A DNA stretch of 64,000 nt from an uncultured Candidatus Rokubacteria bacterium (GCA_963708025.1 CAVPSB010000013.1:416001-480000), one strand, 5' to 3'; positions 39,506 through 50,101 are shown, counted from the first letter of the stretch. Numbers and translations: made by a program. Notes: generated by a model from the letters alone, not told the origin.

Positions 39506-39535
39506 AGGTTAGCTAATTAGCTAAATGGATGTCAA
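39506..39535 (-). promoter_or_regulatory. promoter with overlapping palindromic operator, probably ArsR autoregulation
   Basis: TTGACA-18 bp-TAACCT on the minus strand; perfect palindrome TTAGCTAATTAGCTAA at 39509-39524. Confidence 0.8.
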
Positions 39536-39602
39536 GCAACTTCGCTCGCTGGAGCGCGCGGCGGCCGCGCGGCTCGCCAGCCCGAGGGAGCACGGCCGCC
39601 GG

Positions 39603-40340
39603 CTACGTGTCTCCTCGGTAGCGGATCAACGACCGGGCGGTCGGCCGCAGGCACAGGGTCGCCACGTCGGCGGTCAGGCGGCCGGGCATCTCCCCCGGCC
39701 CGACCGCAACCATGTCGCTCCAGTCATGCCGCATGGCGGCATGGTGCTCGCGATCGCGGTACGCGGAGAGGACCACGAGGAGCGTGGGATCCTGGATGAC
39801 CGGCAGCCGCGGATAGTCGTTGGGGGTCAGCTCCGCGACGAAGTGCCCGAGGACCTGGTGCCCGCGCTCGACGAGGACGGGCCGCACGCGCCGCTCGAAG
39901 AGCTCGACCAGCCGCCCGAGCCCCCCGGGCTCCGTCCGGTAGAAGTCGACGACGACCAGCCCGGTGTGCGGCGGGAGGGCGCCGGGCGGCTCCGACGCCC
40001 GGTCCTCGAGCGACAGGCCTCCGGTCAGGGCGCCGACGGGACCGAGCGGCCGGAGCAGGTGCACGTCGTGGTTCTCCCGTATCATCGCGTTCGCCTCGGG
40101 CCGGCGGGCTTGCCAGAAGGAGCCGCCGTAGAAGCCGCTCAGCCCGCGCAGGCGGGCCGGCATGTCGGCGAAGCCGCGCATCCACACGAAGCGGCTCGGC
40201 GCGTCCACGACCTCGAACTGCCCGAGGGGGTGCATGCCCTCCTCCCGCTGGGAGAAGAGGAAGTGCTCCTCGAAGTACCGGATGAAGTCGCCGGTCCTGC
40301 CGTCCTCGAGGAGATAGTTGCGCAGCTCGATCACCTGCAT
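39603..40340 (-). CDS. NIPSNAP family protein, two domains
   Basis: VIELRNYLL, FVWMRGFADM, FYGGSFWQARRPEANAMI. Confidence 0.8.
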   Translation of the reverse strand: MQVIELRNYLLEDGRTGDFIRYFEEHFLFSQREEGMHPLGQFEVVDAPSRFVWMRGFADMPARLRGLSGFYGGSFWQARRPEANAMIRENHDVHLLRPLGPVGALTGGLSLEDRASEPPGALPPHTGLVVVDFYRTEPGGLGRLVELFERRVRPVLVERGHQVLGHFVAELTPNDYPRLPVIQDPTLLVVLSAYRDREHHAAMRHDWSDMVAVGPGEMPGRLTADVATLCLRPTARSLIRYRGDT

Positions 40341-40361
40341 CGTTCCGCGTCTCCCGGTCAT

Positions 40362-40651
40362 CTAGGCGATTCGCTCCGAACGGGTGACGTCGAGAGGGTG
40401 GTCGATCAGCGGCTCCACGCGTTCGAGGAAGCGTACGTATGCGGCAAGCCGGCGTGATGCTCGAACGCCGCTTCATCCTTCCAGACGGAATGGATGTAGA
40501 ACAGTCTCGGGTCGCGAATCGACCGGAAATGCTGAATGCTCAGGCAGCCCGGCTCCTCGCGCGTAGGAGCGAGGCCGTCACGCATCGCTTCTGCGACGGC
40601 GCCCTCGTTGCCGGGACGCGCGTGAAAGCGCGCAAAGATGAACAACTCCAT
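40362..40651 (-). CDS. antibiotic biosynthesis monooxygenase (ABM/YgiN-like; frameshift near 40435)
   Basis: ARFHARPG, TREEPGC, HSVWKDEAAFEHHAGLPHT. Confidence 0.85.
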
Positions 40652-40652
40652 G

Positions 40653-41138
40653 TCATTCCTCCCGCGCCATGACCATGATCCAGTTCTTCTCCCAGGTTCG
40701 CCCCTCGTCAGGCGAGAAGGCCTGCTCCCAGCGCACCCCCGTCTCCGTGATGTTCGACCACGTGTAGCGGACGAGGATGGGCCGCCCGTCCAGCTCGTCG
40801 CGTCCCTCGAAGACGCCGATGCCATCGGAGAACGATCCGACGACGGGCGGCTGGAGCACCCCGGTCTGGTTGTTGACCCAGTAGATGCTCCACTGCCGGG
40901 TCTGGGGGTTGTAGAGACGCAGGGACATGCCGACGAATCCCGGCCAGTGGTCGGTGACGAAGTCGTCCATGTTCCCGAGGCCGCCGGGGAGGAGCCAGGC
41001 GTGGTGGGTCGCCTCGAACGTCTCCCATTCCGTGCAGCCCTGCAGGCGCTTCACCAGGCGCTCGTTGCGGATACGCCAGCGGCCGGTGTGGAAGTCGAAG
41101 TCGTGCGCGCCATCGCGGTCGGGCCGTGCCTCGCTCAT
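40653..41138 (-). CDS. DUF1579-like protein
   Basis: HDFDFHTGRW, RWEQAFSPDEGRTWEKNWIM. Confidence 0.75.
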   Translation of the reverse strand: MSEARPDRDGAHDFDFHTGRWRIRNERLVKRLQGCTEWETFEATHHAWLLPGGLGNMDDFVTDHWPGFVGMSLRLYNPQTRQWSIYWVNNQTGVLQPPVVGSFSDGIGVFEGRDELDGRPILVRYTWSNITETGVRWEQAFSPDEGRTWEKNWIMVMAREE

Positions 41139-41280
41139 GTCGAACCTCCTGGGCTGGAGTCTTCACGATTCTCGTCCCGGCCCCGCGGATCGTGGAGATC
41201 CAGTTCGGTGAGACCACATGTGGCCACTTGCCCGGCTGGGTGCTGGTATCATCGGGTGACCCGGAGAGGGCGTACCGCAG

Positions 41281-42787
41281 ATGGCCACCTCACGACCCGC
41301 CGCGACCCTGCTCGTCCGCATCGACGCCGGTCTCCGCCAGGGGTTGCAGCAGCAGGTCTACGAGAGCATCCGCCGGGCGATACTCGAGGGGATCGTGGCC
41401 CCGGGGACACGGCTGCCGTCGTCCCGCGCGCTGGCCGGCGACCTCGGCGTGTCGCGCACGACCACGCTGCTCGCGGTGCAGCAGCTCCAGGCCGAGGGAT
41501 ACCTCACCGCCCGCCGCGGCTCCGGCACCTTCGTGGCCGGCGAGCTTCCCGACGACCTCCTCCGGCGGCAGGCCACGCGTCCCGCCGCCCGCCCGCGGCA
41601 CCCGCCGCTGTCGCGCCGCGGCACCGCGCTGGTGGCGGCCCCCCAGGGCGCGCGGCGCCTCGGCGGTCCCCCGAGAGCCTTCCGGATCGGGACACCCGGC
41701 GTGGACCTGTTCCCGGTCGGCCTCTGGTCGCGGCTCGCGAGTCGCCGGCTCCGATCCGTCACGGCGGCGCAGCTCGACTACGGCGACTCCGCCGGCCTTC
41801 GAGTCCTACGGGAAGCCATCGCCGACCACGTCCAGACGGCGCGGGGCACGCGCTGCGAAGCCGATCAGGTCCTCGTGGTGGCCGGGGCCCAGCAGGGTCT
41901 GGAGCTGATCTGCCGGCTGCTGCTCGACCCGGGCGACCGGGTGTGGATGGAAGAGCCGGGCTACCCCGGCGCGCGCAGCGCGCTCCTCGGAGCGGGGGCG
42001 CGGATCCTCCCGGTGCGCGTGGACACGGAGGGCCTGGACGTCGCGATGGGCGCCCGGCGCGCGGGCGATGCCCGACTCGTCTACGTGACGCCGTCCCACC
42101 AGTATCCGCTGGGCGTCCCCATGAGCCTGCCGCGCCGCCTCGCACTGCTGGAGTGGGCGAGCGCGGCGCGGGCGTGGGTGATCGAGGACGACTACGACAG
42201 CGAGTTCCGGTACGGCGCCCGCCCCGTCCCGTGTCTCCACGGCCTCGACGTCGACGGCCGCGTGATCTACGTCGGCAGCTTCAGCAAGACGCTCTTCCCG
42301 GCCCTGCGGCTGGGCTTCCTGATCGTGCCGCCCGACCTGCAGGATGGGCTGGTGGCGGCCCGCGCGGCCGCCGACCAGCACCCGCCGGCGCTCGACCAGG
42401 CCGTCCTGGCCGACTTCATCGTGGAGCGGCCACTTCGCCCGCCACCTGCGCCGGATGCGGGTGGCGTACCGCGAGCGCCTGGAGGCGCTGACCGCCGCTG
42501 CCGAGCGCTGCTGCCGTGGCGTGCTCCGGCTGCGTCCGACCCGGACCGGGCTCCATGCGATCGCCGACCTCGACGGCGTGGACGCCGTCAGCGTGTCGCG
42601 GGAGGCGGCGACCCGGGGCGTGGAGGCCACACCCCTGTCCGCGTACTTCGTGGGGCGTGAGAAGCCCGTCAACGGTCTGGTCCTCGGCTTCGCGGCGGTG
42701 CGCCCCGAGGCGGCGCGGCGAGGCATGGAGCGGCTGGCGGCGGCGATCGAGGCGGCCCGGCCCCGCGGCCCCGCACCTTCGAGGTGA
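41281..42787 (+). CDS. MocR/GabR family regulator (GntR HTH plus PLP aminotransferase domain; frameshift near 42425)
   Basis: RLPSSRALAGDLGVSRTT, YVTPSHQYPLG, IEDDYDSEFRY, GSFSKTLFPALRLG. Confidence 0.93.
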
Positions 42788-42851
42788 GGCCTCCCACGAC
42801 GATCGGACTCGGGATGGTGTTCCTCGGTGGGCTCGTGCTATCGTCCTGCGC

Positions 42852-43598
42852 ATGACGACACCGAGCTCCTCCGCCGCCCGATCGGAGCTGGCCCCCACCG
42901 GGAAGCTCCGCACCGGGATCAACTTCGGGAACTTCCTCCTCGTGAACAAGAACCCGGCCACCGGGGAATACGGCGGCGTCGCGGTGGACCTGGGGCGGGA
43001 GCTCGGCCGGCGGCTGGGCGTTCCGATCGAGATCGTCCCCTTCGAGACCGCGGGCAAGCTGAACGACGCGCTGAAGGTCGGCGCCTGGGACGTCGCGTTC
43101 CTGGCGAACGAGCCCGCGCGCGCCAGCGAGATCGCCTTCAGCGCGGCCTACCTGGAGATCGAGGCGGGCTACCTGGTCCCGGCCGGCTCCCCGATCCGTA
43201 CGATCGCGGAGGTGGACCGTGAGGGCGTCCGCATCGCCGTGGCCGAGAAGAGCGCCTACGAGCTGTACCTGAGCCGCAGCATCCAGCACGCCCGGATCGT
43301 CCGCGTGCAGGGCATGGACGGCTCGTACGAGCTCTTCGTGAAGGAGAAGCTCGAGGCGCTGGCCGGGCTCAAGCCCCGCCTCGTGATGGACGCCGAGAAG
43401 CTGCCGGGATCGCGGGTGCTCGATGGGCGGTTCACGGCGGTCCAGCAATCGATCGGCACCCCCCAGGGGCGCGCCGCCGGCGCCCGGTTCCTCCGCGAGT
43501 TCGTCGAGGAGATGAAGGCGTCCGGCTTCGTCGCCCGGGCCATCGAACGGCACGCCGTTCGCGGCGTGTCCGTCGCGGCCCCGGCACCAGCTCAGTAG
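42852..43598 (+). CDS. family 3 solute-binding-like protein
   Basis: ELAPTGKLRTGINFGN, GAWDVAFLA, EVDREGVRIAV. Confidence 0.85.
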   Translation: MTTPSSSAARSELAPTGKLRTGINFGNFLLVNKNPATGEYGGVAVDLGRELGRRLGVPIEIVPFETAGKLNDALKVGAWDVAFLANEPARASEIAFSAAYLEIEAGYLVPAGSPIRTIAEVDREGVRIAVAEKSAYELYLSRSIQHARIVRVQGMDGSYELFVKEKLEALAGLKPRLVMDAEKLPGSRVLDGRFTAVQQSIGTPQGRAAGARFLREFVEEMKASGFVARAIERHAVRGVSVAAPAPAQ

Positions 43599-43659
43599 CT
43601 ACCGAGCCGCCGGGAGTGGGGCCGACTACGCTAAGGCTTTTCCAGTGGGACCTCCAGTC

Positions 43660-44060
43660 GCAGGGTGCCGGGCTGCTCGGACGCCCGGCGACCTGGGCCC
43701 GGCCTTCGCCGCCATCACGAACGAGCGCCCCGGCGGGCTTGTGGTAGTCGGCGATCCTCTGACCTTCATTCTGCGATCCCGCATCGTGGAGTTTGCTGCT
43801 GCGAACCGTCTCCCGGCCGTATACGGGACCCGAGAGTTCGCGCAGGTGGGCGGCCTCTTGTCCTGCGGCACCCATCTGTCGGATCTCTTTCAACGCGCTG
43901 GCGGCTACGTCGCGCGACTCCTCAGGGGCGCCAAGCCCGCCGACCTTCCCGTGGAACAGCCCACGAAGTTCGAGCTGGTCGTCAACATGAAGACCGCGAA
44001 GGCGCTCGGCCTCACCATCCCGCAGTCGGTGCTGGTGCGGCGGATGAGATCATTCAGTAG
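43660..44060 (+). pseudogene. C-terminal remnant of an ABC_sub_bind substrate-binding protein
   Basis: LRGAKPADLPVEQPTKFELVVNMKTAKALGLTIPQSVLV(RADEIIQ*); N-terminus missing. Confidence 0.85.
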
Positions 44061-44289
44061 AAATCAGCGCGAGGTCCCTGGAAGAGAGCGATTCAAGGAC
44101 TTACCGCGGCAACGCGGAGGAAGCGCAACGAACACACAGCCGAAAAAGCGCGATATGGCCCTGCGTGGACGAGTGCCGTGGGGCCGTGTCTCTGCGGGCT
44201 AAACTATGCGGCAAGTTGACGTTGCGCCAGAGGGACGTGATATCCTACCGCCCCCGCCGGAAGCCGCGACGAGTCGGGAGGAGTTGACG

Positions 44290-44898
44290 ATGGCCTTCAT
44301 ATACACCATTCCCGTCGACCAGGCCGAGGGTGAGGTCCGGGCGATGTACCAGAAGACGCAGGCGGTCGTCGGCTACGTCCCCAACTACGCCAAGGTCTTC
44401 AGCCACCGGCCGCAAGTGATGGCCGCCTGGTCGGGCCTCCTGGCAAGCATCCGCGCCAATCTGGACGCCCGCCGGTACGAGCTGGTCACGCTGGCCGCTG
44501 CGCGCGCCTTGCGTAGCTCGTACTGTATGCTGGCCCACGGCAGCATCCTGCGAAAGCAGTTCTACTCTGCCGCGGAGCTGACCGCGATCGCCGGGAGCGC
44601 CGCCGGCGGTGAGCTTGCGCCGGCCGACGTCGCGACGATGACCTTCGCGGAAAAGGTGGCCCGCGACGCCAGCGCAATCACCGAGGGCGACGTGCGGGCC
44701 CTCCGCGAACACGGTCTCTCGGACACCGAGATCTTCGATGTCGCCGCCGCCGCCGCGGCGCGCTGCTTCTTCAGCAAGCTGCTGGATGCGCTCGGGGTGG
44801 AGCCCGACGCGGCGTACGAGAGCCTTGAGGATGAACTGAAGCGCCGGCTCACCCCGGGCCGGCCGATCAGTCGGCACGCCCCCGAACAGCTCTTATAG
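44290..44898 (+). CDS. AhpD/carboxymuconolactone decarboxylase-like peroxidase-related protein
   Basis: GYVPNYAKVFSHRP, RRYELVTLAAA...SSYCMLAHG, LREHGLSDTEIFDV. Confidence 0.88.
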   Translation: MAFIYTIPVDQAEGEVRAMYQKTQAVVGYVPNYAKVFSHRPQVMAAWSGLLASIRANLDARRYELVTLAAARALRSSYCMLAHGSILRKQFYSAAELTAIAGSAAGGELAPADVATMTFAEKVARDASAITEGDVRALREHGLSDTEIFDVAAAAAARCFFSKLLDALGVEPDAAYESLEDELKRRLTPGRPISRHAPEQLL

Positions 44899-45175
44899 TC
44901 GAACGGTCCGTGCCAGACCACGCCGGGTGCCAGCAAACCGTGCGGTTGGTAACGGGTAGACCCATGGCTTCGCCGCCTGAAGCAACAAGCGCCTCCCAAC
45001 CAGATCATCGCCTTGTAGCGGAATGCCAGATCCTCACCTTCCGGATTAGGATCGTGCCGTGATGGCTTGCCGATCTGCGTTGGCAGCATCGCCATATGAG
45101 TCATCCAACAGGCGGCCTCTGGATCAGACCGGTCTAGGACAATCTAGAGACATTGGTAGAGAAACGAGGTGATGT

Positions 45176-45505
45176 ATGGCCACATCGTGGCACTCTGAGC
45201 GCTTGGAGCTGTCGGCCGATGTGCAAAGGATCCTGAAGACGATCGACACCGTTGTTCGAACAACCGTGTCGATTCAATCGCAGCGGCCATCGCCGCCTGA
45301 ACTACGAAACTACCTTGCGAGTTCGGTGCACGTGGCATCAACCCTTGGCAGCCTAGCTGTGGGCGGTGTTCAATGTCCATTCGCACAACCTCCGGCGAAC
45401 ATTCAAACGGGATTCGATTCGACCGGAAACCTTCGTCTGGAGTGCTTACACCCAATGCCGAATCAGCATTGTTGGGATCTTTCCGGCAGCCGGACCAGCT
45501 GCTGA
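45176..45505 (+). CDS. hypothetical Cys/His-containing small protein
   Basis: GAGGTG SD; low GC; stop 1 bp before the next ATG. Confidence 0.55.
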   Translation: MATSWHSERLELSADVQRILKTIDTVVRTTVSIQSQRPSPPELRNYLASSVHVASTLGSLAVGGVQCPFAQPPANIQTGFDSTGNLRLECLHPMPNQHCWDLSGSRTSC

Positions 45506-45506
45506 G

Positions 45507-46085
45507 ATGTACGAGCTTGTATCCGGGGCCGGCGGAATCGCTCTCTACTTTCTCAGTGTGTCGTGGGGCACTACGGGGGTGGGGATCTCGATTATTGTGA
45601 TGGCACTGGGAGGAATGGTCTTTACGCTTGTCGGGTGGACCATCGTGACCACGCTTCACCTTCGTGTACTGTCGTGTCTCCTGATCAGCGGCTGGGCCGT
45701 CTTTCTGCTCGCCATCGGGATGCTGGTTGCCTGGGGAGTGCTCGTCGCAACGATCCAAGTGAGCGCAGCCTTCGGCGCGCAGCCGACGCCAACTCAAAGC
45801 GTTCTCGCCAGCGCGATCACCTCGCTTCTCGCTATCGTCGGGGCGTTCCGGTTGAAGATCGCAGACCGCTGGGGCGTTTCGGTCATCCGGCGACGGATCA
45901 TCCAAGATGCGTTCCGCAAACGTATCGGAAGCCGTCCCCTGGGGGTGCCTACGAACGATCCCCGCGTTCTCGCATACGAAGCGGTCGAGAACGAGAACTT
46001 TTCTATCCCAGGAGATACTGTCGAGGGGTGGGGCTTCGAGGCCTCGTGCAAGCGGCTCCGGTTGATTGGAGCGGTGCTTGGCTGA
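45507..46085 (+). CDS. hypothetical membrane protein (about 4 TM helices)
   Basis: Hydrophobic segments followed by a soluble C-terminus. Confidence 0.6.
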   Translation: MYELVSGAGGIALYFLSVSWGTTGVGISIIVMALGGMVFTLVGWTIVTTLHLRVLSCLLISGWAVFLLAIGMLVAWGVLVATIQVSAAFGAQPTPTQSVLASAITSLLAIVGAFRLKIADRWGVSVIRRRIIQDAFRKRIGSRPLGVPTNDPRVLAYEAVENENFSIPGDTVEGWGFEASCKRLRLIGAVLG

Positions 46086-46270
46086 GGGCGAGTGAACCCC
46101 GATCGGCGATTAGGTTTCCCCTGATGCGCGGCAGCATGGCGGAGAGTACCATCACAAATGTACCGTTCCGTCGTACCTACGATGCGCTCTGCTGTCTAGC
46201 CGGCTAGGCGACTTGGTCAATCCCGGGTCCGTCCGCCGTCACTTCCACTCGAGCAGATGGAGGCCTTGCG

Positions 46271-46753
46271 ATGCTGAGGAAACAGGTCACTCCGAAGCCA
46301 CCCGTCGAGTCCGCATCCTTCGAGGACGAGATACCAGTTGCGAACGTCGCCACAGTGCACGTTAGTTCGGAACAGGGTGATCATCCCATCGACAATGTGT
46401 TCGATAACAGCCGAGGACCCGGAGGCAGTCGCTGGATTGCCGACGGACCTGGCGAGCAGACGGTGACTTTGGTGTTCGACAGCCCGCAGACCATCCGAAG
46501 AATCGGCGTGGAGGTTGAGGAGGTCGCGGTCAACCGAACGCAAGAGCTATCCGTGTTTGTCTCCTCCGATGGAGGGCGGACCTATCGACAGCTCGTGCGA
46601 CAGGAGTTCAACTTCAGCCCTCCCGGCACGAGTTTCGAGCGTGAGGTCTGGTCGGTCGCGGCGGACGCGGTAACCCATCTACGGCTGGAGATCAAGCCGG
46701 ACAAGGGAGGTCGAATCGGCCGGGCGACTCTTACCGCCCTCGCGCTGGCGTAA
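46271..46753 (+). CDS. discoidin/galactose-binding-like (F5/8 type C, APC10-like) domain protein
   Basis: SSEQGDHPIDNVFD, RQEFNFSPPGTSFERE, LRLEIKPDKGG. Confidence 0.75.
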   Translation: MLRKQVTPKPPVESASFEDEIPVANVATVHVSSEQGDHPIDNVFDNSRGPGGSRWIADGPGEQTVTLVFDSPQTIRRIGVEVEEVAVNRTQELSVFVSSDGGRTYRQLVRQEFNFSPPGTSFEREVWSVAADAVTHLRLEIKPDKGGRIGRATLTALALA

Positions 46754-46893
46754 AGCGTGCTCGGCGAGCTGCTGACAACGCGCGAATTGGGTAGTTCTCG
46801 GGTCGGTAGACGTACCGGAGATACCTGGAACCCGAACGACGATAGAGAGTGGTGATGAGAGGTACCTAGAACCAAGTGATCCCAGGGGATCCC

Positions 46894-47127
46894 ATGGCAC
46901 GACAGGTGACCCGACGCCAGATGGAGACGTGGCTGCTAGGCAACGGGTTCCGCCGTCTCAAGGGCGGAATGAGCGGCCACGTGCAGTACGAGAGGCAAGG
47001 TGTCAAGATAACCTTGCCTGGGCACGGGCCGCAGGATCTGACAAAGAAGCATGTCGCGCTCATTCTTCGTTCGCTTGATGAGGCAGGATTCGACCGTGAG
47101 CAGGTGCGCCGCGAGCTCGGTGGATGA
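46894..47127 (+). CDS. HicA-like toxin with no adjacent HicB
   Basis: LLGNGFRRLKGGMSGHVQYE...ITLPGHGPQDL...VALIL matches the HicA GSH/VPxH layout. Confidence 0.7.
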   Translation: MARQVTRRQMETWLLGNGFRRLKGGMSGHVQYERQGVKITLPGHGPQDLTKKHVALILRSLDEAGFDREQVRRELGG

Positions 47128-47391
47128 GAGATGCCCCTAGAAGCCGGCAATCCAGGAATACGTGATGGCCGATATATCAAGAGCCGCCCTTTAACGGAAG
47201 CGGCTCCGACTTCGACTGAGAGCAATACCTAGATCGGACCGATCGACCTGCGAAGTGTGTCGCGATGCGTTCCACTAGCGTTGCCGACGAGTTTCCCGAG
47301 CTTCACTCTTATGCGGCTGACGGCGGAGCGGTAGCAGAAGGCGGGTGAGCCCAGTGTGGCCCGACCCGCGGCCGTAGACGACCGCAGCCTT

Positions 47392-48012
47392 CTAGCTGGA
47401 GCTCCAGTTGAACGGCGCGAAATGGCCGTTGTTCTTGCCCGATGTGTCGTCCCAGTCGATGCCGAAGGCGTGCAGGTGGCTACGGGAGGCCTTCGCCAAC
47501 GCGAGCCGGCTCGCGGCCGGGTGGGCGACGTTGTCAAGGTAGATCGGCTCGTTCTGGTTGGCGCCCGCAATGCCCTCGACGGCGATGTCGAGCACGCCCC
47601 GGATGGACACCGACCGACGCATCCCGCTCCTCTCGATGGTGATTGGCTTTGCCTCGGTGCCCCCGAAGCGACCGATCAGTGGACCAAGCGCGGCCATCGG
47701 ACCACCGCCCTGGCCGCTCGCGATGGCCGTGAGCGCCTCGCGCTGCTCGGTCGAGGCCTGCTCGTCCACAACGACGCCGACGTTCCAGTTGCCCTGGATC
47801 ATCGGGCCCGGCGTGTGCAGTAGCACGGCAAAGCTCAAGCCGTCGAGCCGGGTGCCTCCATACTGACCGCGCTCGACGTGGAACACGAGGCCCGCGTCGC
47901 AGGAGCCCTTGGTCGGCCGTGCGGCCAGCCCCGAGGTCGGACAAGGGCACACGGAGTCACAGCTGCAGGCTTCGAAGTACTCGCCGCTGATCCGCCACTG
48001 AAGGTTCGCCAT
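47392..48012 (-). CDS. DUF1326 domain protein
   Basis: GEYFEACSCDSVCPC, PTKGSC, EQREALTAIASG, GKNNGHFAPF. Confidence 0.9.
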   Translation of the reverse strand: MANLQWRISGEYFEACSCDSVCPCPTSGLAARPTKGSCDAGLVFHVERGQYGGTRLDGLSFAVLLHTPGPMIQGNWNVGVVVDEQASTEQREALTAIASGQGGGPMAALGPLIGRFGGTEAKPITIERSGMRRSVSIRGVLDIAVEGIAGANQNEPIYLDNVAHPAASRLALAKASRSHLHAFGIDWDDTSGKNNGHFAPFNWSSS

Positions 48013-48042
48013 GGTGATCCTCCCTGGATTGCCTGGTGTCCG

Positions 48043-48876
48043 TCACATCGAGTGGCCGCCGGCCCGCAGCGCCATAGCGAGGTCTGGCCGGACGGCAACG
48101 GCCACGCCGAGCAGCACCAGCGCGATGCCGGTCACTCGCGCGATACATTCTCCATACGGCAGGAGCTTCTCGGCCGCGACGACCGCCGCGATGAGCAGCA
48201 CCCATGGAAGGCCCATCGCGCCGGCGGCGACCAGCACGGCCATGAGTGCCCAGCAGCAACCGAGACAGTAGACCGCGTGTGCCCAGCCCATTGCCAACCC
48301 GCCACGCCAACCCGGGCGCCAATGGCCGAGAAGGAACCCGATCGGGCTGCGACAGTGTCGCAGACACACCTGCTTGAGCGGCGAGACCTGGAAAAGCCCA
48401 GCGACGAGGAGCACCCCGGCGATGCCGTAGGGCAGCGCATCGGAGGTGATGGCGCCAAGCGCCACGCTCCCGAAGTAGATCGGGACACCTGTTGACGCCC
48501 AAAGCGCAAGATACATGAGCGCGAACAACGCCACGGGCACGGCCTTCCCGACCAGGCCCGCCGAGTTTCGCTGGGTCGCGGCGTAGAGCCCGATCATCGG
48601 CGAGGCACTCGGCAGCATCATTGCGGCCATCATGGCAGCCCAGGCTCCCACGTACAGAAGCCCGTCCAAGACCGTCGGGGTCATCGCCATGTGCATGTCA
48701 CGCATGTCATCGGTTCTCATTGCCGACGACAAGACTGGGACCCACGCCGTCACCGTGATGACGAGCAGGACGGCGTACGTCAGGACGGACATGGGATCGC
48801 GGGCGGTGACGACGGCCGGACTCGGCGTTGACTCGGGAGAAGAGTCAGCGACCACGGCCGGCATTCTATTCCGCAT
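48043..48876 (-). CDS. DUF2182 metal-binding membrane protein
   Basis: MMAAMMLPS, PLKQVCLRHCRSP, YCLGCCWALM; usual partner of DUF1326. Confidence 0.9.
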   Translation of the reverse strand: MRNRMPAVVADSSPESTPSPAVVTARDPMSVLTYAVLLVITVTAWVPVLSSAMRTDDMRDMHMAMTPTVLDGLLYVGAWAAMMAAMMLPSASPMIGLYAATQRNSAGLVGKAVPVALFALMYLALWASTGVPIYFGSVALGAITSDALPYGIAGVLLVAGLFQVSPLKQVCLRHCRSPIGFLLGHWRPGWRGGLAMGWAHAVYCLGCCWALMAVLVAAGAMGLPWVLLIAAVVAAEKLLPYGECIARVTGIALVLLGVAVAVRPDLAMALRAGGHSM

Positions 48877-49178
48877 CTTGCAAGGTGTCCAGCGCCCCGG
48901 TTCAGGTCCTCATCGGCACTGGGGCATAGCGCGCGGCGCGCGCTTCATCACATGCTCATTCGGGTATTCGTCGAAGGCACATTTGCTCTCGTCCCAAGGG
49001 TGTAGATGATCTCGTGCGTCCCGGCGTGACCAGCCTAGAGCTTATTGTTTTCTGGCAGCTCCAGTCCTTAGAACAGTAAGTTCTAGGACGTCTCGTTAGG
49101 TTCTTGTGTCACGCTCTTCGCGATCGCAGGGAAAATCATCCGCGTTCATTAGATGCGCAATGTCCCCGTACCCTAAGC

Positions 49179-49553
49179 TCAGATCCAGCGCGCCGCGGCC
49201 GCGCCGGTGTCCTCCGGGCGGCTGTTGAAGGCGATGGCCGCGCCCGGAGCGGCGCGGTGGATGGCGTTGACTAAGGCCTCGAACAGGACCAGCCGGCTCG
49301 GCGGCAAGCGGACACCCGCTCCGACCACCACGCAGTCGTAGTGGCCCTCGGCCAGGCGGCGCTCCACGGCGAGTGCGGCGGTCGCGTCGGGATTGATAAA
49401 GCAGTTCTCGGCCTGCCAGCCGCGCTCGGCCATGTCGGCGAGCGCGACTTCTACCCCGGCGTGAATCTTCTCCGCAGTCATGCCCCGCGGCAGCGCCGGA
49501 TCCGAAAAATCCACCGTCGCCGGATCCAAGCCGACCAACAGAACTCGCTTCAT
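49179..49553 (-). CDS. conserved hypothetical protein
   Basis: YDCVVVGAGVR...FEALVNAIHRAAPGAAIAFNSRPEDTGAAAARW. Confidence 0.75.
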   Translation of the reverse strand: MKRVLLVGLDPATVDFSDPALPRGMTAEKIHAGVEVALADMAERGWQAENCFINPDATAALAVERRLAEGHYDCVVVGAGVRLPPSRLVLFEALVNAIHRAAPGAAIAFNSRPEDTGAAAARWI

Positions 49554-49733
49554 CTCACGCTCCCCCCGCCCAGCTGCGTCCGCCACCATTCCCTACTCTA
49601 GCTGGATCATGTCCCTAGATCACCGTGTTCCAAGGACGCCTGGGTACCTGTGGCGACCTGAGATCACGCATGCCCGTCAGGAGTCGCCAAGGAACAGACC
49701 CTCGTTGGCTCGAGCGTTTCCTCGCCGTCCCAC

Positions 49734-50092
49734 TCAGCCGGCGGGACGGCGACTGATCCGGACCCGGCCCGGCTGGAGGACCACGAATTGGCCCACGAGT
49801 CCCTCACCGCGCTCCTCGACCAGCTTCAGGACGGCTCCGGGAAGATCGGCGCGGGCCCTCGCCGGGAAGCGAAGCAGGAAGACGCCGCCCGCCGCGGCCT
49901 CGTTGGCATGGAGCAGCTGACCGAAGTCCTTGTCCTCAGTCACCAAGATTCTGCCCTCGCGAATCGCGAGCTCCAGCACGACCCGTCCGTGGCGCGTGCC
50001 GAGATCTCCGCGATCGCTACCACGTCGTGACCGGCAACACGGAGGGCCCGGACGACGGCGAAGTCACAGCTCTCATCCGCCAGGAATCGCAC
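49734..50092 (-). CDS. DUF5615 PIN-like toxin (frameshift near 49985)
   Basis: MRFLADESCD...GHDVVAI, EGRILVTEDKDFG. Confidence 0.85.
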
Positions 50093-50101
50093 CGGTACCG
50101 G

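Noticed and set aside
49067-49087. GAAC-N5-GTTC as a LexA (SOS) box
   Set aside because: The Gram-positive box is GAAC-N4-GTTC, and many copies sit at gene 3' ends or breakpoints rather than promoters. An unknown TF operator is not fully excluded.
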